Below are positions 1 to 12,859 of a DNA stretch of 64,000 nucleotides, piece after piece (position 1 is the first letter of the stretch; each line of letters begins with the position of its first letter). The translations under genes were made by a program, and so were the position numbers. Source of the DNA: Octopus sinensis. Lineage: Eukaryota. The stretch is taken from contig NC_043000.1 of NCBI RefSeq assembly GCF_006345805.1, positions 139,004,001 to 139,068,000 on the forward strand. Direction: 5' to 3'. The notes beneath the pieces were generated by a model. The model was not told the DNA's origin and searched no databases. It saw nothing but the letters and a program-made list of their open reading frames with translations.

Positions 1-2975
1 CGGCCGGCCGGACCTCTTTATCACCTACACGTGCAATCCCAGCTGCGACGAAATCACTCGCGAACTCCTCCCGGGTCAATCTCACACCCATCGACACGAC
101 ATCGTTGCTAGGGTTTTCCGTCTGAATTTGGGCAAAATGAAGGATTTGATAGTTAAGGGTCAGATTTTCGGGCATGTCAGGTGCCACATGTTTTCGGTCG
201 AGTGGCAAAAGAGGGGCTTGCCACATGCTCACATCTTAATTTGGCTCACTCATAAAATCGAGACTAATGACATTGACAAATTCATTTCCGCCGAGATTCC
301 TGACCCCGATGAGGACTCCGGACTCTACGAAATTGTCCGCACTACCATGGTACACGGGCCCTGTGGACCAAATTACGCCAACACACCATGCTACAAAAAC
401 GGATTAGCTGCTCAAAGGGATTCCCTAAACGGTTCACTTTGGAGACTCAAACAGGCGGCGATGGGTATCCGCTGTACAAACGAAGGAGTCCAGCCAATGG
501 AGGCCGCACGATTACGGTTGGGCAACATCAAGTGGACAACAGCTACATTGTCCCCTACTGTCCTCTCCTGTCGAAGATATTCAAAGCCCACGTCAACGTT
601 GAGTTCTGCAGCTCCATCAGGTCAATACAATATGTCTGCAAATATATCAACAAAGGCAGCGATGCTGCCATGTTCAGCATCCAGAGGACCACCAGTCGCG
701 ACGAAGTGTCCAACTACTTGGCTGGCCGGTACCTCAGCAGCAACGAAGCGTTTTGGCGCATTTACGGCTTCCCGCTCCATCAGAGACACCCGGCTGTGGT
801 GCAGCTTGCTGTACACTTGGAAAATGGACAGCGGATTTACTTCACAGAGCAAAGTGCTGTGCAGATAGCCACCAGCCCTAAAGACACAACGTTGACTGGT
901 TTCTTCAAATTATGCCAACGTGATGACTTCGCTCGAACGCTTTTGTACCCACAGGTCCCATCGTACTTCGTGTGGTCTAAAAACACCTGGGTTCGACGGA
1001 AATCCGGCAAAAACGTCGAAAGCTTCCCAGGCGTCAAGTTTGACTCCTGTCTGGGTCGAGTTTACAACATCCCGCCAAACCAGCAAGAATGCTTCTACCT
1101 CCGTCTCCTTCTACATGAGGTCACTGGTCCAACAGGTTTCGCCAATATACGTACCGTCAATGGGGTTCTGTGCGACACCTTCAGGGAAGCATGTATGAGA
1201 CTTGGCCTTCTAGAGGATGACTCCCAGTGGGACGCCACGATGGCAGAGGGTGCTTTACTGCAAACGCATTCGGCCCTACGACATCTTTTCGCAATCCTTC
1301 TTCAAAAATGTCAGCTTAGTGATCCACTAAGTCTCTGGATGAAATACAGGGATGACATGTCGCACGACTTCTTACGTACGGCTCAGCAACACTGCCCTTC
1401 CGCCGAGATCACGTTCACCAACTTCATTTACAATTTTGCGCTCATTCAACTCGAAGACGCTGTCATCGATATGGGTGGGTCTGCTTTAACAGAGTACGGC
1501 CTTCCACCACCCACACGTGAACACGCCAATGTTATGTCTGCTGAATTGTTACGCAAAACTTCCTACTGCATTGAGGAACTGCACCAGTACGTCCAGATAA
1601 TGAACCACGCGGCTGCTTCCAGACCAGCGCATAGCCTACAACACCATCGTAGACTCTGTCAGACAGCAACGTGGGGGGATTTTCTTCCTTGATGCACCCG
1701 GCGGCACTGGCAAAACCTTCGTCACTAAACTAATTCTGGCAGAGGTCAGACGCAACACGGACATTGCCCTGGCTGTAGCTTCCTCTGGTATCGCGGCCAC
1801 GTTGCTTCCGGTGGCAGAACCGCCCACTCTGCCTTCAGACTCCCGCTCGATCTGGCAAAGTCCGAGTCACCTATCTGCAACATCGCCAAGAACTCAGAAC
1901 AGGCCGACATTCTGCGCAGATGCAAACTCATCGTATGGGACGAGTGCACTATGGCACACAAAGGCGCCCTTGAGGCACTGGACAGGTCCCTGCAAGACAT
2001 CAGAGACTACGGCCCCCATGGGAGGATTAACTTTACTTCTTTCAGGAGACTTCAGGCAGACTCTACCTGTTATTCCAAAAGGAACCCGTGCCGATGCCGT
2101 GCGCGCGTGCCTTAAGTCGTCAGCTCTTTGGGCACATGTGCGGCCCTTGCACCTCCAAACTAACATGCGCGCGCAGTTAATTGGTGACAGCGGATCCGCT
2201 GCATTCTCCAGGGACCTCTTATCGCTCGGTGAAAATAGGATGCTGTCTGATGCGGATGGCTACGTTCAATTGGACTCACTTTGCACCATTGTCGACACCC
2301 CTGCTAGCCTCCGGGACGCTGTCTTCCACGACCTACAAAACAATTTACGCGACCTAAAATGGCTGGCAGGCAGAGCTATTCTCGCACCCAAAAATACAAC
2401 CGTCAACTCCATCAATATCCAGCTACTTGAAGCTATTCCTGGTGATGTCCACGTCTACAAATCTATAGATAGGACAGCAGACCCCGCCCAGCTTGCCGAT
2501 TATCCTGTTCAATTCCTGAATTCACTTGAACCGCCAGGCCTGCCACCACACATCCTGAAGTTAAAAGTCGGTGCGCCCATTATGCTCATCAGGAATTTGG
2601 TTCCACCTAAACAGTGCAACGGCACACGTTTGGTTGTGAAACATTTGGCACCACATTTAATAACGGCCACAATACTTACCGGTTGTGGGAAGGGAGAGGA
2701 CGTCTTCATTCCACGGATGCACCTTCAACCGTCGGGCGCTGACCTACCAATCCACTTCAGGCGTTCTCAGTTTCCTGTTAAACTCTGCTTCGCAATGTCC
2801 ATCAATAAATCCCAAGGCCAAACGCTACAAGTCGCTGGGTTACATTTGGTGAACAGTGCTTCGCCCACGGTCAACTCTACGTGGGCTGTTCACGCGTTGG
2901 GAGGCGCAATGATGTTTTCATGTTTTCGCCTAACGGACAGCTAGGAACATCGTATATACAGAAGTATTCCAGTGA
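1..2975 (+). pseudogene. Helitron Rep/PIF1-helicase ORF, partial and frameshifted as assembled
   Basis: Rep motifs DLFITYTCNP, VEWQKRGLPHAHILIW (HUH), YVCKYINKG; helicase motifs DAPGGTGKT (~1690), ASSGIAA, IVWDE, GDFRQTLPV, FAMSINKSQGQTL, HGQLYVGCSRV; several frame switches; stop TGA 2973-2975. Confidence 0.93.
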
Positions 2976-3096
2976 AGACAAGACATTGCAACGTCCACAT
3001 GCACCTTCGTTCCCTGGAGGGAAAGGACTACATTGGGATTAGTCGTTGCCTACTAGGGGCTCTTACATACCCGGGCAACGCCGGGCTATGCTGCTA

Positions 3097-3097
<1 letters not shown>
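1..3097 (+). mobile_element. Autonomous-type Helitron, 3' portion (5' end outside window)
   Basis: Rep-helicase coding region, subterminal hairpin CCCGGGCAACGCCGGG (3070-3085), terminal CTAG (3094-3097) followed by T; clearly GC-richer than flanks. Confidence 0.96.
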
Positions 3098-3160
<63 letters not shown>

Positions 3161-3164
<4 letters not shown>

Positions 3165-3575
3165 AACTTCTTTCAGTTTCCATCTTCCAAATCCATTCAC
3201 AAGGTTTTAGTCAGCCCGAGGCTATAGTAGAAGACACTTGCCCAAGGTGCCATACAGTGGGACTGAACCTGGAACCATGTGATTGGTAAGCAAGCTACTT
3301 ACCAAACAGCCACTCCTGTCTCTCTCTCTCTCTATATATATATATATTTCTTTATTGCCCACAAGGGGCTAAACATAGAGGAGACAAACAAGGACAGACA
3401 AAGGGATTAAGTCGATTATATCGACCCAGTGCGAAATTGGTACTTTATTTATCGACCCCGAGAGGATGAAAGGCAATGTCGACCCCGTGGAATTTGAACT
3501 CAGAACGTAACGACAGACGAAATACCGCTAAGCATTTCGTCCGGCGCGCTAACGTTTCTGCCAGCTCGCCGCCTT

Positions 3576-3617
<42 letters not shown>

Positions 3618-4027
3618 AACTTCTTTCAGTTTCCATCTTCCAAATCCATTCACAAGGTTTTAGTCAGCCCGAGGCTATAGTAGAAGACACTTGCCCAAGG
3701 TGCCATACAGTGGGACTGAACCTGGAACCATGTGATTGGTAAGCAAGCTACTTACCAAACAGCCACTCCTGTCTCTCTCTCTCTATATATATATATATTT
3801 CTTTATTGCCCACAAGGGGCTAAACATAGAGGAGACAAACAAGGACAGACAAAGGGATTAAGTCGATTATATCGACCCAGTGCGAAATTGGTACTTTATT
3901 TATCGACCCCGAGAGGATGAAAGGCAATGTCGACCCCGGTGGAATTTGAACTCAGAACGTAACGACAGACGAAATACCGCTAAGCATTTCGTCCGGCGCG
4001 CTAACGTTTCTGCCAGCTCGCCGCCTT

Positions 4028-4028
<1 letters not shown>
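3161..4028. repeat. Tandem duplication (period ~453 bp) of a SINE-A head plus a SINE-B
   Basis: 3161-3576 and 3614-4028 are nearly identical, each bounded by (TA)n. Confidence 0.95.
3347..3573 (-). mobile_element. tRNA-derived SINE family B (duplicate at ~3798-4025)
   Basis: Head GGCGGCGAGCTGGCAGAAACGTTAGC, B-box-like GAGTTCAAATTCC, central GCCTTTCATCCT..GGGGTCGATAAA..AGTACC (resembles Meta-type SINE domain). Confidence 0.88.
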
Positions 4029-4063
<35 letters not shown>

Positions 4064-4065
4064 CT

Positions 4066-4430
4066 TTTTTTCTTCTGTCATTTGACTGTTGCAATGCTGG
4101 AGCACTGCCTTAAAGGCTTTTAATCAAAGAAATCGACCCAGAACTTCTCTGTAAGCCTAGTACTTATTCTGTCAGTCTCTTTTGCCTTACCGCTTAGTTA
4201 CAGAGACGTTAAAACACTAAACTTGGTTGTCATGCAATGGCAGGGGGTATAAATACAGACACACAGACGTGTACATATGACGGGCTTCTTTCAGTTTCTG
4301 TCTAACACATCCACTCACACGGCTTTGGTTGGCCTGAGGCTATAGCAAAAGACACTTGCATAAGGTTTCACACAGTGGGACTGAACCTGGAACCATGTTA
4401 CAGGGCAGAAAGCTTCTTACCACACAGCCA
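4066..4430 (-). mobile_element. SINE family A, diverged
   Basis: Matches head (GGTTCAGTCCCAC) and tail of the full copy at 17266. Confidence 0.85.
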
Positions 4431-4481
4431 CATTATAAAATGCAGGAGGTCAATTGGATTAATGTAATCCAGGTGTTTACC

Positions 4482-4750
4482 TTGGAAGGCTCTTCTATGG
4501 ATAGCATCTACTTGAAAATTGGAAGTGGGGAATTCCCTTATGAAATTGTTGTTTCTCTAGCTAGAAAAAACACCAATTACTTATACATCATAGATATAAA
4601 TAATAGACATTGAAGATTGGTGTTGCACATCTTTTATATTTTACTTGATTCATGCATTGGACATGCTAGGGCATCACCTGGAAAGCCTAAGTGTAACAAA
4701 TTAAACCCAATACTTATGATTTTTAAGTCTTGTACCTATTCTTTTGTTTC
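4482..4750. repeat. Inverted duplication arm 1 (partner 7717-7986)
   Basis: ~270 bp reverse-complement match with few substitutions. Confidence 0.93.
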
Positions 4751-5320
4751 ATTTGCCAAACTGCTAAGTTAGGGACACATTAACCCTTTTGTTACCAACC
4801 TGGCTGAAACCGGCTCTGGCTCTGAGTACAAATGTCTTGTTTTCATAAGTTTTGAATTAAGATCTTCCACCAAAACTTTGTCGTAATTTATGTTCCTAAC
4901 ACTAGCTGAATGGTAACCAAGTTATTTTACTAAATTTTTCATTATATTTAAAGTAATTGAAAGAAACACAGAGCATCTCAATATAAAAAAAAAATTGAAA
5001 GGGTTAATAAATCAACACTAGCTGTTACATAGTGGTAGAGGACAAATACAGCACAAACACACATACAGACACACACACAGATACACATGCTTGTTTGCAT
5101 ACACATACACGCATGCACACATGCATGCACATGTGCCCGCACACGTATACACACACACACACACAGAGGACTGGGTTGTTTCAGTTTGTAATGACCAAAC
5201 CCACTCACAAGCTTTGGTCAAGCCAAGACCATAGTAGAAGACACTTGCCCAGGTGCTATGCAGTGAAACTGAACCAAAGATAATGTTGGTTCGAAGCATG
5301 ATTCTTAACCACTCAGCCAT
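4635..5320 (-). mobile_element. Old SINE family A copy interrupted by a MITE
   Basis: Decayed tail 4635-4779, resumes after 5007, head to ~5320. Confidence 0.7.
4784..5003. mobile_element. piggyBac-type MITE
   Basis: TTAA|CCCTTT ... AAAGGG|TTAA: TTAA target duplication with CCC/GGG termini. Confidence 0.8.
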
Positions 5321-5967
5321 GTCAGAACCTAATGCAGGAGTGTGCTATTTTTTGTTTTTGTATAGCTTACATGTTGCCAAAATTTCACATTGATTAATCT
5401 CGCGTCATATTTATAAACACGTCTGCAATTAACGAGCTACTGTTAATAACTTGCTGTGCAGACACAGAATTCATAAAAAAATGTTCTTCAGAACTCACCA
5501 CAAAAGTAATACGCAGAAAAAGTTTGCAAATTCCACTTTAAATATAGGACATTCATCAACGTTTATAGTGGGCAGTACTAAGAAATATAATTTTATTAGG
5601 AAAATGACAGGAAGAGAAAAGAAATAAAGAGAAAAGAAAAGACAAAATGTTCAGCCTTGTTCAACCCTGACCATGTAGTTCCTGGGCAGTACCTGACTGC
5701 CCGCTGTGTTTTCTTCTATTAATGGGTCTGGTTAGAGAATATTTACAATAGTAGACACATGTTAACTCATTTTTACATACTGCTAGACATCATGTCTTTA
5801 TTCCTTTGACATATATATACTTGCATATATATATTCTCTCACATACTTCAAACATATATATACTTGCATATATATATATTCTCACATACTTCAAACATGT
5901 GTAGATGCATCTATACATACATACCCATTCATATATTCATACTCACATTCATATATTCATACTTATA

Positions 5968-6195
5968 AGGCGGCGAGCTAGCAGAATCGTTAGCACGCTG
6001 GGCGAAATGCTTAGCAGTATTTCGTCTGCCGTTACGTTCTGAGTTCAAATTCCGAGGTTGACTTTGCCTTTCATCCTTTCGGGGTTGATAAATTAAGTAC
6101 CAGTTACGCACTGGGGTCGATTTAATCTACTTAATCCCTTTGTCTGTCTTTGTTTGTCCTCTCTGTGTTTAGCCCCTTGTGGGTAGTAAAGAAAT
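5968..6195 (+). mobile_element. SINE family B, full length
   Basis: Same head, central domain and tail as the 3347 copy. Confidence 0.9.
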
Positions 6196-6638
6196 ATATA
6201 TTCATACTCACACACTCACACATTCATGCACACACACACATACATACATGCACTTGCCTATATGCATATATATTGACACATACTCATATGCATACTTGTA
6301 TACAATCGAGGATATACTTACAGACACAATATCAGTATGAAAACTAAATGGAGACATAAATGTGTACACATATATATCTACTTGTATATATATGTTTACA
6401 CATCCTTACCACCAAACTAGTCAACACATAACTATATACTAGTATATATATGCATACTCATACATATATATACACTGATATGGCTGCATCAATGTGTATA
6501 CACAATATAAGCAATACACACTTTTATTCATAGGGCCATATATATAAATAAATGCACACTTACACACAGGTGAGCACATAAGTATAAAACAAGGTGGCAA
6601 AAATAGTACTCAAATACCAAAGGTAGAGTAATAGGCTC

Positions 6639-6794
6639 TTTATTACAGCTGCAAAAATTATCACAGGCCTGTTACTCGGAGTTTCATGTTCTCATTTTTC
6701 AGACAGTTGTGTTGTTTTCATTACAACTGTCTCACAAACAGGAACATGTAAGTCTGAGTAACATTGCTGTGATAATTTTTGAAGCTTTAATAAA
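6639..6794. mobile_element. Decayed fold-back PLE pseudo-LTR remnant
   Basis: Imperfect ~70-bp inverted arms containing an HHR motif. Confidence 0.65.
6669..6706 (-). ncRNA. Minimal type I hammerhead ribozyme motif, degenerate (G8A)
   Basis: Minus strand: ctgt-CTGAAAA-atg agaa cat-GAAA-ctc c gag-TA-acag. Confidence 0.6.
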
Positions 6795-6800
6795 AAAGTA

Positions 6801-6925
6801 CATCATCATCATAATCATCGTTTAACGTCCGTTTTCCATGCTGGCATGGGTTGGACGGTTTGATTGAGGTCTGGAGAGCCTGCGGCTGCACCAGGCTCCA
6901 ATCTGATCTGGCAATGTTTCTACAG
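6801..6925 (-). mobile_element. RTE-tail repeat (family C)
   Basis: Matches 3' end of the RTE at 20150-20325 with (GAT)n tail. Confidence 0.85.
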
Positions 6926-7059
6926 GTGTGCTTCAAATAAAAATTCCAAATTCACAACTTTCTCACTTTACCAATTCAGTAACAACGTAACTTTCACTCA
7001 ACGTCATAACAAAGAACTCCATTTTATTAGAAAATTTGAATATATTTTACATAATCCTT

Positions 7060-7265
7060 TCTACTAAAGGCACAAAACCTGAAATATTAGGGGAGGGGAT
7101 TGGTTGATTTCATCGAGCCCAGTATTTGACTGATACATATTTTAAAGCCTCTGCAAGGATGAACAACAAAGTTGACCACAGTGGAATTTAAACTCAGAAT
7201 TTAAAGACAGATGAAATACAGCTAACCTTTTTTGTTGGGCATACTAATGATTCTGTCAGTTTGCT
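7060..7265 (-). mobile_element. Old SINE-B-related element with a different tail
   Basis: Decayed head and central domain. Confidence 0.65.
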
Positions 7266-7716
7266 TTGAGTACGTTTTACATAATGTCATCACGTTTTGT
7301 GAGTATATTCAAGGCAATTTGGTTTTTAAAGAGACAGTGTTGCACAAATATCTTATAAAGTGAATGTAGAACATTCTCAAAGTTTTCAAAGAATTTTAGA
7401 CACTAACAGTATCTTGATACTTTAGCTCTAATATGCTAAATCAGCTGACTGCAACTATAGCAGAATGGTCTCCACCAACTTTCTGGATAACTAACCAGAA
7501 ATGTCACATACACTGAAAAACCTGATGAAACATTGGACATCTGGATGACATACAGATGGCAAAAACATATAGAACATTCTACTCTGAAGTGAGTGCTGCA
7601 GTATGAACTTGGCCATTGTGGCCAAAACAAAATAACAAATTATATTTATATTCATTATTGTTCATTGACAATATTTCAGAATCAAAGAAGCTTGCTTACC
7701 AGATTTAACTTCTGTG

Positions 7717-7986
7717 GAAACAAAAGAATAGGTACAAGACTTAAGAATCATAAGTATTGGGTTTAATTTGTTACACTTAGGCTTTCCAGGTGATGCCCTA
7801 GCATGTCCAATGCATGAATCAAGTAAAATATAAAAGATGTGCAACACCAATCATCAATGTCTATTATTTATATCTATGATGTATAAGTAATTGGTGTTTT
7901 TTTCTAGCTAGAGAAACAACAATTTCACAAGGGAATTCCCCACTTCCAATTTTCAAGTAGATGCTATCCATAGAGGAGCCTCCCAA
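7717..7986. repeat. Inverted duplication arm 2 (partner 4482-4750)
   Basis: Reverse complement of 4482-4750. Confidence 0.93.
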
Positions 7987-8504
7987 TGTGAATGTGAGTG
8001 AATGGTTCAATGTGAGTCCACTGGCTATATTGGTTGCTTTGTGTTGTTTTCTATACACAGACATCATGAGATATTTGATTTGAGTTGAGTCAAATTGCAA
8101 AGCTACACAGATGATTCTTTTCAAATTCTAAGGGTTCTTGCTTGTATACATTGATATTACCCTTTTTCAATATATCTTTATACTCTTCTTCTTTTACCCT
8201 CTTTCTGTGTGTTTTCCTTCATTGAGCTGAGAGTAAAAGATGGCTAGGGATACCTATGGTCCAGTGTTCACAAAACGTGACAAATTCATCTATACTATGA
8301 TTATATAACATGAATACAGGAAATATTACCTTCAATGAATATACTGATATTGCCCTATCTATTTTATCCCTGGATGGATACGATTATCTTTAAACATGTC
8401 TTAGTGTCTATTTGCAATCATATGGATATATCGTCCAATATTTGTCCAGGTTTCAGAGACATACAGGAGAGTGAGAACTAGAATTGCTTTTTATATATAA
8501 TAAA

Positions 8505-8900
8505 CTAGCAGTATCGCCCGGCGTTGCTCGGGTTTGTAAGGGAAATAACTATATAAGCATTTTTAGAGATGTAAAGTATAATAGCCATCTCAATATGGCT
8601 AACCACAAGGGGGGGGGTGTTACTGTAGCTTTTTACGTTCTGAGATTTAACAATACATTTTTAGAGAGTTACTTCCCTTATATATGCCAAAAATGCATTA
8701 AAAATGGGAAAAATTGATGGTAAATTTTTTTTAAATCGTAGACTCATCGTAGACGCGCGCTAATACCCAGAAGGGCTCGATATGAATCACGACTATAAGA
8801 TACCCGGTTTTGGTTAAACTGCACTGCAAAATGTGGGAGTAGTTAGGAATCTAAATCGTAGGAGACAGACAGCACACAACCTCATTTTTATATATAAAGA
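8505..8900 (-). mobile_element. Non-autonomous Helitron
   Basis: Minus strand A|TC...CCCGAGCAACGCCGGG..CTAG|T, no TSD. Confidence 0.9.
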
Positions 8901-10216
8901 TTTGATCTGTTTCTGGTCATGGTCTTCATATACTAGTCTTCACAGGTTGCTAAAGGTTGTGCTGGCAAATGTTATCTGGTACTGGACCTCCTTAACAGTG
9001 TTCAAATTCTGTGATTGATGACTTTCCAGTTATTGTAAGGTAACTACATCTAAGTAACTGAATGGCAGGATTAATTTCCTGCTTGTTTGGTGCCTGTTGA
9101 TGCAAGATCTTATGTTGAGGCATAGATCTATGCTTCCATATACATCAAGAAAAATGTTGGTAATTACAAGAGTTGTGCTAATTGTGTCATCCTCTGCACA
9201 GAGAAGTTCATTTATACCAGAACAGAAATAATTCTTACTTGCGTCTTAACACAGAATCTGCCAGGAGCTAAATAGCTTAGTGGTAGACTCTCTGGATGCC
9301 ATATGTATTATATGTTAATCTAGGTAATGCAGTCTGACATTCATATTGGAATTTTATTCTTCTCAATTACCTTCATATAATTCTCTTTGTTTTAACACAC
9401 TTCTCTATACACATAAAACAACCCCACAGTTAAAGCACTGCTCAATATGACCGCTAATTTGAATAATGTCTGCAAACATCCACTCCATTTGTTCATTCTG
9501 TTTTAGTGGTAATGCTTCTTAAGGGAGGAAAATGTAATAAAGTATAAAGTAGATTAAAACATTTTTTCTGATATGTTGCTCCATTATCTCTGCTTAGTGG
9601 ATAACACACAGGATCAAATATCAACAACGTCCATTGTATAGTAATATATTGCAAGTAATTTGTTTCACACACCAGAAAATCAAATGATATCCTTGAGGAA
9701 GGAATCTTTGCAGGAAAATCTAAAAAGGTAAAAAAAAAGAACAAAAAAAGATTACAATAACCTTGAAAAAGAAAAAAAAGAAGGAAAAAAAACCGAGAGC
9801 CATTATATAGTCAAATAGAGCTTTGGCTGCATAAGTGGGCTGTGATCGTTGCTTTAATGTAGGATATTGTTTATATCAAATATCACCATTTGATTCTTCA
9901 TTAGATTGATAAATGGTGGAAAATGTAATTTCTTATTTTCTTTGGAAAACATGAAGCCACTTCCTGCACTCATACAGTTACAGGCATTAATAGGGAATAA
10001 TTGTAATTCTCTGTAATTGTGAGAGAGTAGGTGCATGGGTTCATATCATGGTGTGTGTGTGTTAACATGTATGTCTCTCTCTCTCTCTCTCTCACTTCTT
10101 CTGTCTTTATATATGCAGATATGCAAGTGAAAGTAGAAACTAGATTAACGATTGTTTACTGTAAGCTATTTCCTCTTCAATGGTGTTCTTTCTGCCCACT
10201 CATTCTTACTGTACAT

Positions 10217-10251
<35 letters not shown>

Positions 10252-10604
10252 CATGTACAAACACGTGCACATACAAAAATGTACAAATGAATAACGCAAA
10301 AATGTTGTTATGGAAGCTATCTTGAAACTGTTGTGACAATTCTCTCATTGGCCCTAATCCTTAACATTGATTAAACTGCTCTGGAGAACAAACTGTTTAT
10401 TATTTCGACACAGTATTTTATCACAACATTCCATTAAACACATTTTGGTCTCTGAAGTGATGTGAATGTTTTTTTTCTCCAAACTCAGAATCAGTTACAT
10501 TACATATTTTTTTCTGCAAATGTTATTTTGTTCTGCTTTCATTAAAAGAAAGACAAGTGAAACCCAACAAACCACAAAAAAGAAAGAATGTTCTTTTACA
10601 ATTA

Positions 10605-11004
10605 CTAGCATTATTGCACAGCATTGCTCGGGTTTGTTTCGACCCTTTAGAATTGGAATTTTTGTAAAGTAAAAATTTTGCATTATGTAGCTTGTTATTC
10701 TCGTTAAGTGAACATTTTTCTAGTTGAAATTGAAATACATCGAAAAATGGTGACACAGCAGTCAAAAAATCGTAAAAAAAATAGGGATTTTCGTAGAAAA
10801 AAAGCACCTTTTTGATTTAAATAATTTTTGGTGTTAACATGGTCCGATTTGAATTTTTTCTTCTACGGAAGGAAGAGCAAGCCTCCTTCTATCATAGTCT
10901 CAATTTTGGTCAACTTTTGTTGCAGAGTCTCGGAGGAGATAGTGTTAGTCGAAGGCTACCAAACCTGTCACACACAGACAACTTCAGCTTTATACATATA
11001 GAGA
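10605..11004 (-). mobile_element. Non-autonomous Helitron, different internal sequence
   Basis: A|TCTCTATAT...CCCGAGCAATGCTG..TGCTAG|T. Confidence 0.8.
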
Positions 11005-11224
11005 TTAACACTAGGAAGTTTAAGTCTAAGGTATTATATCAGTTTGGCAATCTCTTGCACACTTATTTTCCATTTATGAGCAAAATCAGTATCATGATCA
11101 TTACCCGCTACATTATCATTTAACATCCACTTTTCTGTACTTGTATAATATTTATTTGCAGCATATTTTCTACAGCTAGATGCTCTTCCAGTCACCAACC
11201 AAGCAAGGTAATATTTACCAGACC

Positions 11225-11393
11225 ATTACATTCTGAGTTCAAATTCCGTCGAGGTCAACTTTGCCTTTCATCCTTTCAGGGTCGATAAATTAAGTACCAG
11301 TTACACACAGGGGTCGATGTAATCGACTTAATCTCTTTGTCTGTCCTTGTTTGTCCCCTCTGTGTTTAGCCCCTTGTGGGTAGTAAAGAAATA
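11225..11393 (+). mobile_element. SINE family B, 5'-truncated
   Basis: Central domain and tail match. Confidence 0.85.
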
Positions 11394-11509
11394 GGTAATA
11401 TAGTTACCAGAGGTGTCTGCAGAACATTAGAAATGACATTGCTTACATATCAGTGACACTTATTTACGACTCTCAGAGGATGTCAAGACAAGGAGACACA
11501 AACACATCA

Positions 11510-11690
11510 TCACTATCATCATCATCATCATTTAACATCTGTTGTCCATGCTGGCATGGGTTGGATGGTTTAAATGCGGCTGGTAAGCTGGAAGGCTGCA
11601 CCAGACTCCAGTCTGATTTGGTATGGTTTTCTATGGCTGGATGCCTTTCCTAATGCCAGCCACTCCAAGACTGTAATGCATGCTTTTATA
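11510..11690 (-). mobile_element. RTE-tail repeat (family C)
   Basis: (CAT)n, CCATGCTGGCATGGG, GCTGGATGCC motifs. Confidence 0.8.
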
Positions 11691-11753
11691 AACATGTATA
11701 TATACATATAATAAAGAGAATTAAATATAGAGATATTCTATTGACATTCAATA

Positions 11754-11975
11754 ATTTACTCTTTTACTCTTTTCAGTCATTTGACTGTGGCCATGCTGGT
11801 GCACTGCCTTTAGTCGAGCAAATTAACCCCAGAACTTATTCTATCTGTCTCTTTTGCTGAACTGCTAAGTTATGGGGACGTAAATACACTAGCATTGGTT
11901 GTCAAGCAATGTTGAAGGGACAAATACTGACACACAAGCATATACACAAGCACACACACTAACACACACACACAC

Positions 11976-12022
<47 letters not shown>

Positions 12023-12183
12023 CATATATACAATGGACTTCTTTCAGTTTCTGTCTACTAAATCCACTCACAAGGCTTTGGTCAGCCTGAGGCTATAGTA
12101 GAAGACACTTGCCCAAGGTGCCACACAGTGGGACTGATCCCGAAGCCATGTGATTCGTAGGCAAGCTACTTACCACACAGCCA
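11754..12183 (-). mobile_element. SINE family A
   Basis: Head, internal (TA)/(CA) tract, tail. Confidence 0.9.
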
Positions 12184-12479
12184 TTAAATACTATGAATAT
12201 AATGCATAACATAATGTAATATTATATAAATAATCATAAAAACAGTAGAAGCCCAACAAATTGTTTCGACTAATGTATATTTTTTTCTGATATACATAAT
12301 CACAGTTCAATTATATTCGAGTCACTTCAGGGTGAATTCAGTTCAGAAAGACAAAAATACTGTCTGGAAAGGATGGCTGGATTGTAAAAATTAATTCAAA
12401 TGTCTGTGTTATGAGCGTGAGTGTCAATTTTTCAATCTTACGTCAATTACAATTAAAAAACAACAAAAACATTATACTG

Positions 12480-12512
<33 letters not shown>

Positions 12513-12527
12513 TAAATATATACATAC

Positions 12528-12610
<83 letters not shown>

Positions 12611-12859
12611 ACTGTCTATTTGCAGTTTCCATCTAAGAAATCCTCTCAGAAGACTTTGGATGGCTGGGACAAAAATAGAAGACACTCACTGAAAGTGCCA
12701 TGCAGTGGGACTGAACCCAGGTCCAAGTGGGTGGAAAACCAACTTCTTACCACACAGCCATACCTGGAACTGTATTATGTTGTGATAGAAGCCATCATCA
12801 AGGATGTATGCTTTTTTACTTGCCAACAACTCGGCTGTGAAATATAAATAAGACCTCTT

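Noticed and set aside
5682-5702. GC-rich hairpin GGGCAGT-ACCTG-ACTGCCC
   Set aside because: Isolated; no ribozyme core or Helitron CTRR end nearby
5808-5898. ~42-bp tandem repeat x2
   Set aside because: Ordinary low-complexity slippage product
7498-7588. Open stretch between AG and GTGAGT (NVTYTEKPDETLDIWMTYRW)
   Set aside because: Weak acceptor, no recognisable homology, no partner exons
8225-8503. Possible additional Helitron-like element left of 8505
   Set aside because: Only a TATATAAAAAG-like end; no hairpin or CTAG terminus found
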